Shown piece after piece: positions 27,002-37,515 of a DNA stretch of 64,000 nt. Position 1 is the stretch's first letter, and each line of letters begins with the position of its first letter. The position numbers and the translations under genes were made by a program. A model generated the notes under the pieces. That model did no database searches and had not been told where the DNA came from. It saw only the letters and a list, made by a program, of their open reading frames with translations. This stretch comes from an uncultured delta proteobacterium (GTDB taxonomy: Bacteria > Desulfobacterota > Desulfuromonadia > Desulfuromonadales > BM103), in NCBI GenBank assembly GCA_963715335.1, contig CAVQRZ010000028.1:1-64000 (forward strand). Reading direction: 5' to 3'.

Positions 27002-28111
27002 ATGCAACTTTTTCAATGGGATCAAACTTTTGAAACTGGAAGCACCGTCGTTGACGGACAACACCAATACTTAATTGAAATTATCAACCAGTTTGGTGAA
27101 TTGATAACACGCAATGACCCTGAAACGAAAGAAATCGAAGAAGTCTGCTTAAAATTGATGGAGTACACAAATTATCATTTTTCCGAGGAAGAGCGGTTAA
27201 TGGAAACGGCCGGTCTTGACCAAAGGCATATCATCCATCATTGCCAGCAGCACGAAGATTTACTCAATGAAGTTATCCCGTTACGCCAGTCGCTTGTCGC
27301 AGGAGATTTGGCCGCAGGCAAACATCTATTCGAGTTCCTGATCAACTGGCTGGTTTTTCATATTCTTGGCACGGATATGCTTATGTCCAGGCAGATAGAT
27401 GGTATGCATCGTGGGATGACGGCCAGTGATGCCTACTCCTTTGAGGAAGAGCACAACCAAAAAACAACCGGGGTCTTGTTAACAGCAGTCAAGAAACTTC
27501 TCTATCAGTTGTCCAGCCGCAACCGGGAACTGGTTGAGCTCAATGAAACGCTCGAGAAAAAAATTCAAGACCGAACGATTGAATTATCAAAGGCTAACGA
27601 GAAGTTGACGCAATTGGCAAGCACCGACAGCCTGACAGGAGTCCTGAATCGCAGGGCCTTCATGGAAAGCGCGCAGAGCGTGTTTGATTTGGCTCAACGT
27701 TACCGGCGCCCCTTGTCACTGCTTATGATTGATGTGGATCATTTCAAGCGGGTCAATGACACTTTCGGACATCAATCTGGAGATCTCGTATTAATCCGCC
27801 TCAGCGAGATGATGAATAAATGTCTCCGTGGGACGGATATCATCGGCCGGGTAGGGGGTGAGGAGTTTGCCGTGATTTTGCCGGAAACCGGTCCGGAACA
27901 GACTGCTCAGCTCGCCGAGCGATTATTGACCTCTGTGCGTGGCGAAGCTGTTGAGGTCGAACAAACAACCAAGGTAAATATTACAGTCAGTATCGGGTTT
28001 GCTACTGTACCGCCATTGGCGTCAGATGTGGATTCCGTCATGAAAGAGGCCGACCGTGCCCTTTACACAGCGAAGTCAAAGGGGCGGGATCGCTGTTGCA
28101 GGGCAGGCTGA
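27002..28111 (+). CDS. Bacteriohemerythrin-domain diguanylate cyclase
   Basis: DGQH, HFSEEE, HCQQH, HILGTD hemerythrin ligands; DHFKRVND, RGTD I-site, GGEEF; probable ATG 27002. Confidence 0.93.
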   Translation: MQLFQWDQTFETGSTVVDGQHQYLIEIINQFGELITRNDPETKEIEEVCLKLMEYTNYHFSEEERLMETAGLDQRHIIHHCQQHEDLLNEVIPLRQSLVAGDLAAGKHLFEFLINWLVFHILGTDMLMSRQIDGMHRGMTASDAYSFEEEHNQKTTGVLLTAVKKLLYQLSSRNRELVELNETLEKKIQDRTIELSKANEKLTQLASTDSLTGVLNRRAFMESAQSVFDLAQRYRRPLSLLMIDVDHFKRVNDTFGHQSGDLVLIRLSEMMNKCLRGTDIIGRVGGEEFAVILPETGPEQTAQLAERLLTSVRGEAVEVEQTTKVNITVSIGFATVPPLASDVDSVMKEADRALYTAKSKGRDRCCRAG

Positions 28112-28203
28112 CCAGCCGGTTGTTTCCCGTCAACCAGCACTGTTGAGCCGAGAACGTGCGTGTCTCTGATAGTCACGTTTGGCCTGTCCTTTAGTCTATG
28201 TAT

Positions 28204-28239
28204 GGCCGCCCGGGCTCACGCCGGGCGGCCCTTTGTTTT
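28204..28239 (+). terminator. Intrinsic terminator
   Basis: GGCCGCCCGG-gctcacg-CCGGGCGGCC plus CTTTGTTTT. Confidence 0.75.
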
Positions 28240-28261
28240 AAGAGGTCGTTGGACTGTGTTC

Positions 28262-28465
28262 TTGCACAGATGCTTTTCGTTGAATAGGGCCACCTTTTTT
28301 ACGAGTCTCCACGTTTATTTTTACAGCGTAGAGTTGTACCTTATGAGCCAACAGAGAGTTGTTGTGGAAAACGGGTCTGCAACAACCGTGCTCATAACCT
28401 CCTTATAGCCCGTTACCCTAATACCCCACAGTCGCCCCCCCCCTCCTGACTGTGGGGTATTTTTT
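28262..28465 (+). ncRNA. Putative sRNA, copy C of the CCTCC-motif family
   Basis: GGGTC..ACCTCCT..ATACCCCACAGTC-[C-run CTCCT]-GACTGTGGGGTAT-T run; 5' part aligns ungapped with copy A. Confidence 0.55.
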
Positions 28466-28558
28466 GCATGTCACGCCTCCCGATTACATTGCACGGAAGC
28501 CTCACGGGTCACTGCGGTGAAAACCTTCGCAGAGGTTTAGCCCGTTGCTACGTCATTG

Positions 28559-28934
28559 CTACGCTTTTTGGTGTAGCGCGTCGAAAATCATGTCAAGTAC
28601 GGCTCTCTGCCGAACTTCATGTTTATTCAGGACCGCCAGGCATTGCCCCATCGGGAAGCATTTGTGCAGGTAGTCGGCGTCGCGTCCGGATAAAATGATA
28701 ATACGCCGGCAATCGAGGCCCTTCGCGGTTGCATAGGCCAGGAGTTTGCCGCCGTCAAGGTCCGGCATTTCCAGGTCGAGCAGCAACAGGTCGAGATCGG
28801 TATTGATGTGTGCACAGCCCCTGCAGGGCATTATCAAAGGCGAGAATTTCAAGGTTGGGATAGCGCTCACTTACATAGTCTGTAAGAAAGTTCAGGAAGA
28901 GTTGATCGTCATCGATGATCAAAACCTTTTTCAT
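28559..28934 (-). pseudogene. Single-domain response regulator with a +1 frameshift near 28814
   Basis: MKKVLIIDDDQLFL..NALQGL from ATG 28934 continues in the next frame as AHINTDLDLLLLDLEMPDLDG..IIILSG..VLNK. Confidence 0.8.
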
Positions 28935-28985
28935 GGTCCAAGTCCGTCGTTTTTCTGTTTTGGCTAAAGTATATCAATCATTATT

Positions 28986-29015
28986 AAAAAAGGGCGACCG
29001 TCTCGGTCGCCCTTT
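28986..29015 (-). terminator. Intrinsic terminator after dapL
   Basis: AGGGCGACCG-tct-CGGTCGCCCT with an A-run on the left (U-tract on the minus strand). Confidence 0.85.
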
Positions 29016-29032
29016 GAGAAGCAATTTACAAA

Positions 29033-30268
29033 CTATTTTCCCCACTTGTCCTTGATTCTCTGCACCGCTGTTTCAACGTTCTTTTTGTCACCGAATGCAG
29101 AGAGTCTGAAATAACCTTCGCCGGAAGGACCGAAGCCGCTGCCGGGAGTACCGACGACGTGACATTCGTTGAGCAGCTTGTCAAAAAAGTCCCAACTGGA
29201 CAGTCCCCCCGGCGTTTTAAGCCAGATGTAGGGGGCGTCGACACCGCCGTAGCAGGTGATGCCGGCGGCGGTGAGCCCTTCGCGGATGATGCGGGCGTTG
29301 TCCATATAGTAGTCGATGATCGCCTTGGTCTCCTTCCACCCCTGTTCCGAGTAGACGGCGGCCGCAGCTTTCTGCACCGGGTAGGAGGCGCCGTTGAACT
29401 TGGTAGTGGTGCGGCGGTTCCAGAGTTTATTGAGGCTGTACTTCTCACCGGTTGCGGTGGTCCCCATCAATTCCTCGGGGACGACCACCAGGCCACAGCG
29501 TACGCCGGTGAAGCCGGCGGTCTTGGAGAAAGAGCGGAACTCGATGGCGCAGGTCCGTGCGCCGTCGATCTCGTAGATCGAGTGCGGAATCCCCGGGGTG
29601 GTGATGAAAGCCTCGTAGGCGGCATCGAAGAAGATGATCGCGCCGTTGGCGTTGGCGTAGTCGACCCAGGTTTTGAGTTGCGCCCTGGTGGTGACGGCGC
29701 CGGTCGGGTTGTTCGGCGAGCAGAGGTAGATGATGTCGACCTTCTCACTGGGCAAAGCCGGGACGAAGTTGTTCTCCTCGGTGCAGGGCATGTAGACGAT
29801 CCCCTTGTAGTACCCCTTGGCATCGGCCTCGCCGGTGCGGCCGACCATGACGTTGGTGTCGTTGTAGACCGGGTAGACCGGATCGCCAATGGCGACCGTG
29901 TTGTCAAGGGCAAAGATGTCAAGGATGTTTGCGCAGTCGCACTTGGAACCGTCAGAAATGAAGACTTCGGAGGTTTTCAGGTCGACGCCGAGTGATTTGT
30001 AGGACTTGTCGATAATGACCTGTGACAGCCAGTCGTAGCCCTGCTCGGGGCCATAGCCGGCGAAGTTTTCGCTGGTGCCGAGGTCGTCGATGGCAGCGTG
30101 GAAGGCCTTGAGCACGGTCGGTGCGAGCGGCTGGGTGACGTCGCCGATGCCGAGGCGTATCACCTTGGCGCTCGGGTTGGCGGAGGAAAATTCACGTACC
30201 CGGCGGCCGATCTCGGGAAAAAGGTATCCTGCTTTGAGTTTCAGATAGTTGTCGTTGATTCTTGCCAT
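29033..30268 (-). CDS. dapL: LL-diaminopimelate aminotransferase
   Basis: [46 protein letters not shown]. Confidence 0.96.
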   Translation of the reverse strand: MARINDNYLKLKAGYLFPEIGRRVREFSSANPSAKVIRLGIGDVTQPLAPTVLKAFHAAIDDLGTSENFAGYGPEQGYDWLSQVIIDKSYKSLGVDLKTSEVFISDGSKCDCANILDIFALDNTVAIGDPVYPVYNDTNVMVGRTGEADAKGYYKGIVYMPCTEENNFVPALPSEKVDIIYLCSPNNPTGAVTTRAQLKTWVDYANANGAIIFFDAAYEAFITTPGIPHSIYEIDGARTCAIEFRSFSKTAGFTGVRCGLVVVPEELMGTTATGEKYSLNKLWNRRTTTKFNGASYPVQKAAAAVYSEQGWKETKAIIDYYMDNARIIREGLTAAGITCYGGVDAPYIWLKTPGGLSSWDFFDKLLNECHVVGTPGSGFGPSGEGYFRLSAFGDKKNVETAVQRIKDKWGK

Positions 30269-30303
30269 CTTATTTTATGCCTCCATTGGATAATTTCTTA
30301 TGG

Positions 30304-30370
30304 GAGGCGCGAGGCGCGAGGTGCGAGGTGCGAAAAATCGCACTTCACGCTTCGCTATTCGCGCTTCGAC
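30304..30370. repeat. Heptamer tandem repeats in inverted arrangement (dapB/dapL junction)
   Basis: GAGG(C/T)GC x4, then degenerate complementary TCGCGCT-like units. Confidence 0.75.
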
Positions 30371-30376
30371 TTGGCC

Positions 30377-31180
30377 TCACTTGAGGCCAAGAACATCCTG
30401 CATATCGTACAGCCCGGCTTTTTTGCCGCCCAGCCAGCCGGCAGCGCGTACGGCACCGCGGGCAAACATGTCGCGGCTCATGGCACGATGGGTCAGTTCG
30501 ATGCGTTCACCCATGCCAATGAAGTAGACGGTGTGCTCACCTACGATGTCGCCGCCGCGCACGGTCTGCATACCAATCTCTTCGGCGGTGCGTTCGCCGC
30601 ATATCCCCTCGCGATGATAGTTGGCAACCTGACGGTAGTCACGATCAAGGGCCTCGGCAACAATCTCACCCATCCGCACGGCAGTCCCGGAGGGCGAGTC
30701 CTTCTTCTTGTTGTGATGCAACTCGACGATTTCGATATCGAAACCGTCGCCAAGGGTTTTGGCCATATCCTTAAGCAGCTTGAAGCAGACATTCACTCCG
30801 ACGCTCATGTTCGGTGCAAAGACTACGGGAATCTTTTCGCCGGCCCGGACAATGCCCGCACGTTGCTCAGGGTTGAGGCCGGTTGTGCCAACCACCATGG
30901 CCTTGCCGAGTTCTGCGCAGATTCGGGCATTCGCCAGGGTTACTTCCGGCCAGGTGAAATCGATCAGCACATCGCTGCCGGCCATGGCCTGTTCCAAGGA
31001 GGCGGTTATGTTCACGCCGAGGTTGCCACAGCCGGCGATATATCCGGCATCTTCGCCGATGCGGGCGTGTCCGGCCATTTCGACAGCGCCGGTTACTTCG
31101 AGCCCTTCGGCTTCTGTGACCAGGGTAATAATGCGGCCGCCCATCCTGCCGGCGGCTCCGGTAACAGCAACTTTAATCAT
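30377..31180 (-). CDS. dapB: 4-hydroxy-tetrahydrodipicolinate reductase
   Basis: GAAGRMG, VGTTG, ELHHNKKKDSPSGTA; probable ATG 31180. Confidence 0.96.
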   Translation of the reverse strand: MIKVAVTGAAGRMGGRIITLVTEAEGLEVTGAVEMAGHARIGEDAGYIAGCGNLGVNITASLEQAMAGSDVLIDFTWPEVTLANARICAELGKAMVVGTTGLNPEQRAGIVRAGEKIPVVFAPNMSVGVNVCFKLLKDMAKTLGDGFDIEIVELHHNKKKDSPSGTAVRMGEIVAEALDRDYRQVANYHREGICGERTAEEIGMQTVRGGDIVGEHTVYFIGMGERIELTHRAMSRDMFARGAVRAAGWLGGKKAGLYDMQDVLGLK

Positions 31181-31197
31181 GATAGGCCTCAATAAAG

Positions 31198-31255
31198 GAA
31201 TTCAGAATTCAGTATTCAGGAGTAAGAATATTCTGAATCCTTGATACTGGATACT
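31198..31255. repeat. Heptamer repeats (dapA/dapB junction)
   Basis: GAATTCA GAATTCA GTATTCA GGAGTAA, then CTGAATC CTTGATA CTGGATA. Confidence 0.65.
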
Positions 31256-31265
31256 TGTCTGCGAC

Positions 31266-32141
31266 TCAGATCAGGTCATACTTCTTCAGGACCACTTTCA
31301 ACTTCTCGAGGGTATCGACACCCATGCCGACCAGCGGCAAGCGGACGTTTGCCTGCATCTTACCCATCAGCTCAAGAGTGGTCTTGACCGGCACCGGGTT
31401 TGACTCGATGAACATGGCGGTGTGGAATTCGAGGAGCTCCAGATGCCGTCTGCGGGCCATCATGTAGTCGCCGCTCAAAACCGCTTCGACCATATCCTTG
31501 ACCAGCTTGGGGATGGCGTTGGCAGAGACCGAGATAACTCCTTTTGCACCGCAGCACATCATCGGGAAGGTCAGGAAGTCGTCACCAGAGATGACATCGA
31601 TCTTGTCGCCGGCCCTGGCCAGGATTTCACTGACCTGGGTCAGGCTTCCCGAAGCCTCTTTGATCGCCACGATGTTGTCAAATTCGGCCAGGCGGACGGT
31701 CGTATCCGCCGCCATGTTGACTCCGGTGCGTGCCGGGACGTTGTAGAGGACCTGCGGGAGGGAAACCTCCGTAGCCAGCGTCTTGTAGTGCTGATAAATC
31801 CCCTCCTGGGAGGGCTTGTTGTAGTAAGGGCAAACCAGCAACAGTCCGTCGGCACCCATGGCCTTGGCGTTCTTCGACAGGTGGATCGCCTCTGCGGTAT
31901 TGTTGGCACCGGTGCCGGCAATGACCGGAATCCGCTTGTTGACGTGGTCGATACAGACCTTGATGACGTATTCGTGCTCGTCAAAATCAAGGGTTGCCGA
32001 CTCCCCGGTCGTTCCGCAGGGGACAATGACATCGGTGCCGTTTTCGATCTGGAAATCGATCAACCGGCGATAGGTTTCCTCGGCGAACTTCCCTTGACTG
32101 TCGAACGGGGTAACGATGGCGACCATTGATCCAGTGAACAT
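31266..32141 (-). CDS. dapA: 4-hydroxy-tetrahydrodipicolinate synthase
   Basis: GTTGES, PYYNKP, LYNVPART, IKEASG. Confidence 0.97.
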   Translation of the reverse strand: MFTGSMVAIVTPFDSQGKFAEETYRRLIDFQIENGTDVIVPCGTTGESATLDFDEHEYVIKVCIDHVNKRIPVIAGTGANNTAEAIHLSKNAKAMGADGLLLVCPYYNKPSQEGIYQHYKTLATEVSLPQVLYNVPARTGVNMAADTTVRLAEFDNIVAIKEASGSLTQVSEILARAGDKIDVISGDDFLTFPMMCCGAKGVISVSANAIPKLVKDMVEAVLSGDYMMARRRHLELLEFHTAMFIESNPVPVKTTLELMGKMQANVRLPLVGMGVDTLEKLKVVLKKYDLI

Positions 32142-32246
32142 GATGCTCTCCTTGCGTGAATATCAGAAAATTATCTTTGAGTTTGTGTCAGTAAAGCTAA
32201 GTACCTAACATAGCCCAAGTCTCATGTAAAGAGCGTAACAACGACT

Positions 32247-33038
32247 CTACTGCGGGGTGATCAACGCCCCCGGGCTGGCCATGCTCTCGATCACCTGGTC
32301 GCCGGCGCTGACCAGTGCGCTGACCCGATATTCATAAGCCCTGCCATTGTCGAGGCCGCGATCGAGCAGTTGAGTCTCTTGCAGCGGCTCTTTGTTAACA
32401 GGGATGATCGGAAAGGCGCGTTTGGCGTGACGGCGGTAGAGGTTGTAGCCGATCAGTTCCATCCCGTCCGGCAGTTCAGGGGCTGCCCATTGCAGGAAAA
32501 CCCGTGCGTCGCCCGCTTCGGTCCGAAGGTTGGTTGGTGCCGGTGGCGGCTGCACAGCGGCCAGGTGAACCAACGCAGCCGGAGTCTCATGGCCGCCAAT
32601 GGTCAACGGCGCAATCGCATAGCGGTACCCGGTGCCGGGGCGGATGTCGAGGTCACGCCAGTAAAGGCGTTTACCGATGCGCTGTGCCGGGTCGGGGTAC
32701 TTCAACTCGATCTCCGCCACTTCGGTTTGCGGATCTCGGCAGGTGGGACAGCCCTCCGCACCGTCATAGGTCAAACGCTTGATTCGAAATCCTGTCAGGT
32801 CTTCAACTGCAGTGCCGTCCTGATGCTTCTCGGGGATTGCCCAGCCGAGGACGAACAGCATGCCCTGCTGTTGCAGGGTGACTTCCTTAGGTGCTTCCGG
32901 AAGCGTGTCGAGCTTCGGCCGAACCGGGCCTTTTTTACCACAGCCTGTCATCATTGTCAGAGTCAGAGTGATAATGATAAGAAGCCCGAGGCGCGAGACG
33001 TGAAGCGCGAGGGTTCTGGAGAGATAAACAGTATTCAT
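32247..33038 (-). CDS. Lipoprotein with fibronectin type III-like domains
   Basis: Lipobox MTGC followed by [25 protein letters not shown]. Confidence 0.8.
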   Translation of the reverse strand: MNTVYLSRTLALHVSRLGLLIIITLTLTMMTGCGKKGPVRPKLDTLPEAPKEVTLQQQGMLFVLGWAIPEKHQDGTAVEDLTGFRIKRLTYDGAEGCPTCRDPQTEVAEIELKYPDPAQRIGKRLYWRDLDIRPGTGYRYAIAPLTIGGHETPAALVHLAAVQPPPAPTNLRTEAGDARVFLQWAAPELPDGMELIGYNLYRRHAKRAFPIIPVNKEPLQETQLLDRGLDNGRAYEYRVSALVSAGDQVIESMASPGALITPQ

Positions 33039-34423
33039 TCTCGTCCTTCCTTCAGAGCCTGGCGGGCCAGGGTAATTTCCTTTTCGACGGCTTCACGGGC
33101 GGTACCACCGGTTGCCTTGCGGGCATTTACCGAGGCCTCAAGAGTGACAAAGCCAAAGATGTCGCTATCGATCTCTGCAGAGAACTGACGGAATTCCTCC
33201 AGGGTCAGATCCGGGATCGCCTTTTCATTCTCAACGCAGAAACGGACGGTTTTGCCGACCACTTCGTGAGCATTCCGGAATGGCAGCCCCTTGCGTACCA
33301 GGTAGTCGGCGATGTCCGTTGCAGTGGAGAAGCCACGCCCGGCGGCAACGCGCATCTGCTTGGGATTGACCCGCATTTCAGCAATCATGCCGGCAAAGAC
33401 CTTGAGGGAGCCACGTACCGTGTCGATGGTGTCGAAAAGGGGTTCCTTGTCCTCCTGCATATCCTTGTTGTAGGCCAGCGGCAGCGACTTCATCAGTGTC
33501 AGGAGGCTGATCAGGTTGCCGTAGGTCCGACCGGTTTTTCCCCGCACCAGTTCAGGTACGTCAGGGTTCTTCTTCTGCGGCATGATCGAACTGCCGGTGC
33601 AGAAGCTGTCAGAGAGTTCGACAAATGCGAAGTCGGCACTCGACCAGAGGATCAGCTCCTCGGAGAGGCGCGAGAGATGCATCATCAGAATCGAGGCAAA
33701 GCTGCAGAATTCGATGGCGAAATCACGATCTGAGACGGTGTCCAGGCTGTTGCGTGTCACGCCGGCAAAACTGAGTTGATCGGCGACCCATTCGCGATCA
33801 ATGGCAAAAGTTGTCCCGGCCAGGGCGCCGGCACCCAGCGGCATCAGGTTAAGGCGGCTGCGCAGATCATGGAGCCGGCCGGTGTCGCGGCTCAGCATTT
33901 CGACATAAGCCAGCATGTGATGGGCAAAGAGCACCGGTTGGGCGGTTTGCAGATGGGTGTACCCAGGCATGATGACATCGAGGTTGTTTTCGGCCTGGTC
34001 AAGCAGGGTCGCCTGCAATGCACCCAAGGCCTGGACAATCGCGTCGACTTCATCGCGCAGGTAAAGCCGGACATCGAGGGCGACCTGGTCATTGCGGGAG
34101 CGGGCGGTGTGCAGTTTGCCGCCGACCGCTCCAATCTTCTCGATCAGCCGTGCTTCGATGTTCATGTGAATATCTTCGCGGGCAACCGAAAATTCAAAGT
34201 CTCCAGCCTCGATTTCCACGAGAATCGCCTCGAGACCATGGACGATCGCTGCAGCCTCAGTTTCGGCAATGATCCCCTGCCTGGCCAACATCCTGGCGTG
34301 GGTGACCGAGCCGAGAATGTCGTAGCGGTACAGGCGCTGGTCAAAGTTGATTGAAGCGGTAAATTCTTCGACAAATGCATCGGTTGGTTGGGTAAAACGT
34401 CCGGCCCAGAGTTTTTCGCTCAT
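33035..34423 (-). CDS. argH: Argininosuccinate lyase
   Basis: [29 protein letters not shown]. Confidence 0.97.
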   Translation of the reverse strand: MSEKLWAGRFTQPTDAFVEEFTASINFDQRLYRYDILGSVTHARMLARQGIIAETEAAAIVHGLEAILVEIEAGDFEFSVAREDIHMNIEARLIEKIGAVGGKLHTARSRNDQVALDVRLYLRDEVDAIVQALGALQATLLDQAENNLDVIMPGYTHLQTAQPVLFAHHMLAYVEMLSRDTGRLHDLRSRLNLMPLGAGALAGTTFAIDREWVADQLSFAGVTRNSLDTVSDRDFAIEFCSFASILMMHLSRLSEELILWSSADFAFVELSDSFCTGSSIMPQKKNPDVPELVRGKTGRTYGNLISLLTLMKSLPLAYNKDMQEDKEPLFDTIDTVRGSLKVFAGMIAEMRVNPKQMRVAAGRGFSTATDIADYLVRKGLPFRNAHEVVGKTVRFCVENEKAIPDLTLEEFRQFSAEIDSDIFGFVTLEASVNARKATGGTAREAVEKEITLARQALKEGRE

Positions 34424-35634
34424 GATTTGTCTGTCTTCCTCCCTGCAGAATCGGCGGCGTCGATCCTGCGCGCCGCTACGTAGTCATGATGACTGTCGGT
34501 CTGCGTCTGGTCAAGGTCGCCGCAACGTTCCCAGCCGCCAGTTGTTGGCTTGTAAATGGCATGAATCTTCATCGGGAAGCGGGTGGTCCGTGGGTCGAGT
34601 TCGTGGAATAGCGGCAGGTTGAAGTAATAGAGCCGGCTCGCTGTGCCGAAACGCATACGGCAGACCGGCAGATTGTCGAAATTATCGCTGACGTATTCGG
34701 GCGTTTCTGCCGGGGCTATTTTGTGACTCTGGTGCATGATGACCATAGAACGACCGAAACTGAAGTCCGGGTTTTTGCCAAAGCCGGTGGTCTGCTCGGA
34801 ACTGTTGCAGAAAACCGTGATGGTGTCGCGCACACCCGGGGTGTAGGCGAGGTATTCGCCGTAAAAACCGTTGACCACGTCGCGGAATGCTTTGTGCTCG
34901 GGCTTTGGATTACATTCCAGCACGCAGAGCAGGTCGAGACGTTGGCGGGTCTGGTAAAACAGCTCATTGGCTTTATCGATCAGGACGCTGATGTTTGACT
35001 GGTAGAGGTCGCGGTAGATGTAATCGAGACAGATCATGGTCATGAAGTTAAAGCCGTTGGGGGTGCAACGTAGCAGCGGGAAAACCTTGCCACGATAGAG
35101 ATCATGGCCCAGGTCGATAGTCTCCTCACCGAAAAATGGATGGCTCTTGGCCTGAATAAAGACCCGCAATTGACCGTCTGACTCCTTGACTGCTGTGACG
35201 CAGCAGTTAACCGGAACCCCGGCAATATCGGCGGCAGAAAAATCCTTGCGGACACATGCCAAGGCTTCACTATTGTCATCCGCGTAGCGCTCAAGCAGGT
35301 TCTGGTAGGTTGCCAGGTCGATATGCTCGATGCCGAATATGGTAACAGAGTTGGCTTTACGGTGGCGATCGATCAGGGTGAGCAGGTCGTCAAAGCGAGC
35401 ATAAGGCACGGTGCCTTCCGGGAGCACCAGGAAATGTAGCCGGCTGAGGTTGCTGCCATTATCGGCCACCAGTTCGAAAATCGAACAGAGCTGCTGCCAT
35501 TGCTCCTCCGGGTCGCTGATCACGCAGATATAATCCTGCTTCTGAAGATGGTTGGCGATTTGGCAGACCAGAGCATGCAGGTGGTGGCCTCGCGGGAATT
35601 CGAGATTGACCGGTTTATCTACGATCTGAAACAT
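34420..35634 (-). CDS. Uncharacterised protein with carbon-nitrogen hydrolase (nitrilase)-like E-K-C motifs
   Basis: FLVLPEG, QAKSHP and MICLDY in the canonical order; stop overlaps the argH start. Confidence 0.65.
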   Translation of the reverse strand: MFQIVDKPVNLEFPRGHHLHALVCQIANHLQKQDYICVISDPEEQWQQLCSIFELVADNGSNLSRLHFLVLPEGTVPYARFDDLLTLIDRHRKANSVTIFGIEHIDLATYQNLLERYADDNSEALACVRKDFSAADIAGVPVNCCVTAVKESDGQLRVFIQAKSHPFFGEETIDLGHDLYRGKVFPLLRCTPNGFNFMTMICLDYIYRDLYQSNISVLIDKANELFYQTRQRLDLLCVLECNPKPEHKAFRDVVNGFYGEYLAYTPGVRDTITVFCNSSEQTTGFGKNPDFSFGRSMVIMHQSHKIAPAETPEYVSDNFDNLPVCRMRFGTASRLYYFNLPLFHELDPRTTRFPMKIHAIYKPTTGGWERCGDLDQTQTDSHHDYVAARRIDAADSAGRKTDKS

Positions 35635-35643
35635 GGCTTTTAC

Positions 35644-36135
35644 TCAAGATTCCGGGGCGTCACCGCCCACCTGTAGCCGATTCGACAATTCATCTTCCGG
35701 TTCGCCGGGGTCACTTACCCGGCCCGGCAAAACCTGGGCGAGGATGTGCCGGGTTCCGGGAGTCATATCATATTGATGCAAATCTTCGCCGGCGACCCAG
35801 GCCGCTTCGGTCACTTCTCCGGGGTTGAGTTCAAGTGTTCCGCTGAGCGGGTGGGCGCGGTAATAAAGAATCACGTAATGATCTTCTACCGCACCGACCC
35901 CGACATGCTCATAGGCGTCGAGCAGGCCATCGACAAGAATCTCCAGGCCAACCTCTTCACGAACCTCACGATGCACCGCTTCGAGCAGCCGCTCGCCATG
36001 GTCAATCTTGCCTCCTGGCATAACCCATTGGCCGCAAAAAGGTTCTATGCAACGTCGAGTTAACAGGACGCGCTGCTGGTCATCGATGATGCAGGCAACG
36101 ACCGAAGTTTTGATCGATTGTTTTTTAAAGTCCAT
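35644..36135 (-). CDS. NUDIX hydrolase
   Basis: Intact Nudix box GGKIDHGERLLEAVHREVREEVGL. Confidence 0.92.
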   Translation of the reverse strand: MDFKKQSIKTSVVACIIDDQQRVLLTRRCIEPFCGQWVMPGGKIDHGERLLEAVHREVREEVGLEILVDGLLDAYEHVGVGAVEDHYVILYYRAHPLSGTLELNPGEVTEAAWVAGEDLHQYDMTPGTRHILAQVLPGRVSDPGEPEDELSNRLQVGGDAPES

Positions 36136-36140
36136 TCATC

Positions 36141-36215
36141 CGGGACGCGTGACGAGGGACGAGGGACGAGAAAAATCTTGTCCTGTCGCGTCCCGCGTTC
36201 CGCGTTCCTCGTCCC
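36141..36215. repeat. Heptamer tandem repeats in inverted arrangement (argG/NUDIX junction)
   Basis: GGGACGC GTGACGA GGGACGA GGGACGA, then TCGCGTC CCGCGTT CCGCGTT CCTCGTC. Confidence 0.8.
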
Positions 36216-36216
36216 G

Positions 36217-37437
36217 TTATTTTTTTGCTTCTCTCTGCAGTGCTGCGATACGCAGACGCAAAGCGTTGAGTTTGATGAAGCCTTCGGCATCGGCCTGATT
36301 GTAAACCTGATCGGCTTCGAAGGTGGCGAAGTCAACGTTGAAGAGGCTGTCGGTGGCCGAATCACGACCGACCACGCGGCAGTGCCCCCTGTAGAGCTTG
36401 ATCCGGGCCTTGCCGTTGACGGTCTGCTGGGACTGGTCAATCAGCGCCTGCAGGGTGAGGCGCTCGGGGGCGAACCAGAAACCGTTGTAAATCATACTGG
36501 CATAACGCGGAACCAGGGAATCGCGCAAGTGCATCACTTCGCGGTCCATGGTGATCGATTCGACGGCACGGTGTGCTTCCTCAAGAATCGTACCGCCCGG
36601 AGTTTCATAGACGCCGCGGCTCTTCATACCGACGAAGCGGTTTTCCATCAGGTCGACACGACCTATGCCATGCCTGCCACCCAGTTCGTTGAGTTTGGCC
36701 AGCAGATTGGCCGGCGACAGACGTTTGCCGTTGACGGCCACGGCGTTGCCCTTCTCGAATTCAACCTCAACGTATTCGGGCTGGTCTGGTGCGTCCTCGG
36801 GGCGTACCGTGAGTGCGTACATCTCTTCCGGAGCCTCGGCCCACGGATTTTCCAGCACATCGCCTTCAAAGGAGATGTGCAGGAGATTGCGGTCCGAGCT
36901 CCAGGGGAATTTCTTGCTGGTTGGAACCGGAATCTTATGCTTGCGGGCATACTCCTCCAGGGCAGTCCGGCTGTTCAGATCCCATTCACGCCAGGGCGCG
37001 ATGACCGTTACCGAGGGGTCGAAGTGGTAGTAAGCGAGCTCGAAACGGACCTGGTCGTTGCCCTTGCCGGTCGCGCCGTGGGAGACGGCGTCGGCACCTT
37101 CCAGTTTGACCACATCCATCTGGGCTTTGGCAATCAACGGCCGGGCAATCGAGGTGCCGAGAAAATAGCGGCCCTCGTAAATGGCGTTGGCGCGGAACAT
37201 CGGGAAGACGAAGTCACGGGCGAACTCCTCGCGCAGATCGAGGATGTGGCACGCGCTTGCACCGGTATTTTTGGCCTTTTCGGGGATGCCATCGAGTTCT
37301 CCGCCCTGGCCGAGGTCGGCTGAATAGGCAACCACCTCGCAACCATATTCCTCGATCAGCCACTTGAGAATGATCGATGTATCGAGTCCGCCGGAATAGG
37401 CGAGCACAACTTTTTTGACAGTTCCTTTTTTGCTCAT
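36217..37437 (-). CDS. argG: Argininosuccinate synthase
   Basis: [33 protein letters not shown]. Confidence 0.97.
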   Translation of the reverse strand: MSKKGTVKKVVLAYSGGLDTSIILKWLIEEYGCEVVAYSADLGQGGELDGIPEKAKNTGASACHILDLREEFARDFVFPMFRANAIYEGRYFLGTSIARPLIAKAQMDVVKLEGADAVSHGATGKGNDQVRFELAYYHFDPSVTVIAPWREWDLNSRTALEEYARKHKIPVPTSKKFPWSSDRNLLHISFEGDVLENPWAEAPEEMYALTVRPEDAPDQPEYVEVEFEKGNAVAVNGKRLSPANLLAKLNELGGRHGIGRVDLMENRFVGMKSRGVYETPGGTILEEAHRAVESITMDREVMHLRDSLVPRYASMIYNGFWFAPERLTLQALIDQSQQTVNGKARIKLYRGHCRVVGRDSATDSLFNVDFATFEADQVYNQADAEGFIKLNALRLRIAALQREAKK

Positions 37438-37468
37438 TTGACTGAATCTCCTTAAGGTTATATCGGCA

Positions 37469-37514
37469 GCGCGAGGTGCGAAACTCTTCGCTTTTCCCGC
37501 TTCGCGGCTCTCGG
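37469..37514. repeat. Degenerate heptamer repeats (RDD/argG junction)
   Basis: GCGCGAG GTGCGAA then TTCGC/TCCCGC/TTCGCG units of the same family as 30304-30370. Confidence 0.5.
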
Positions 37515-37515
37515 T

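Noticed and set aside
13184..28111. Accessory region as a prophage or integrative element
   Set aside because: No integrase, transposase, phage gene, tRNA target or flanking direct repeat recognised; it looks like piecemeal gain and loss
30304..36215. Short repeat arrays as possible CRISPR
   Set aside because: Units are 7 nt, tandem and degenerate with no unique spacers, and no cas genes are present
36118..37323. Long plus-strand ORFs opposite housekeeping genes (also 30098-31195, 38359-39321, 41497-42519, 58043-59284, 60005-61270)
   Set aside because: Antisense shadows of GC-rich, clearly identified minus-strand genes; no recognisable motifs
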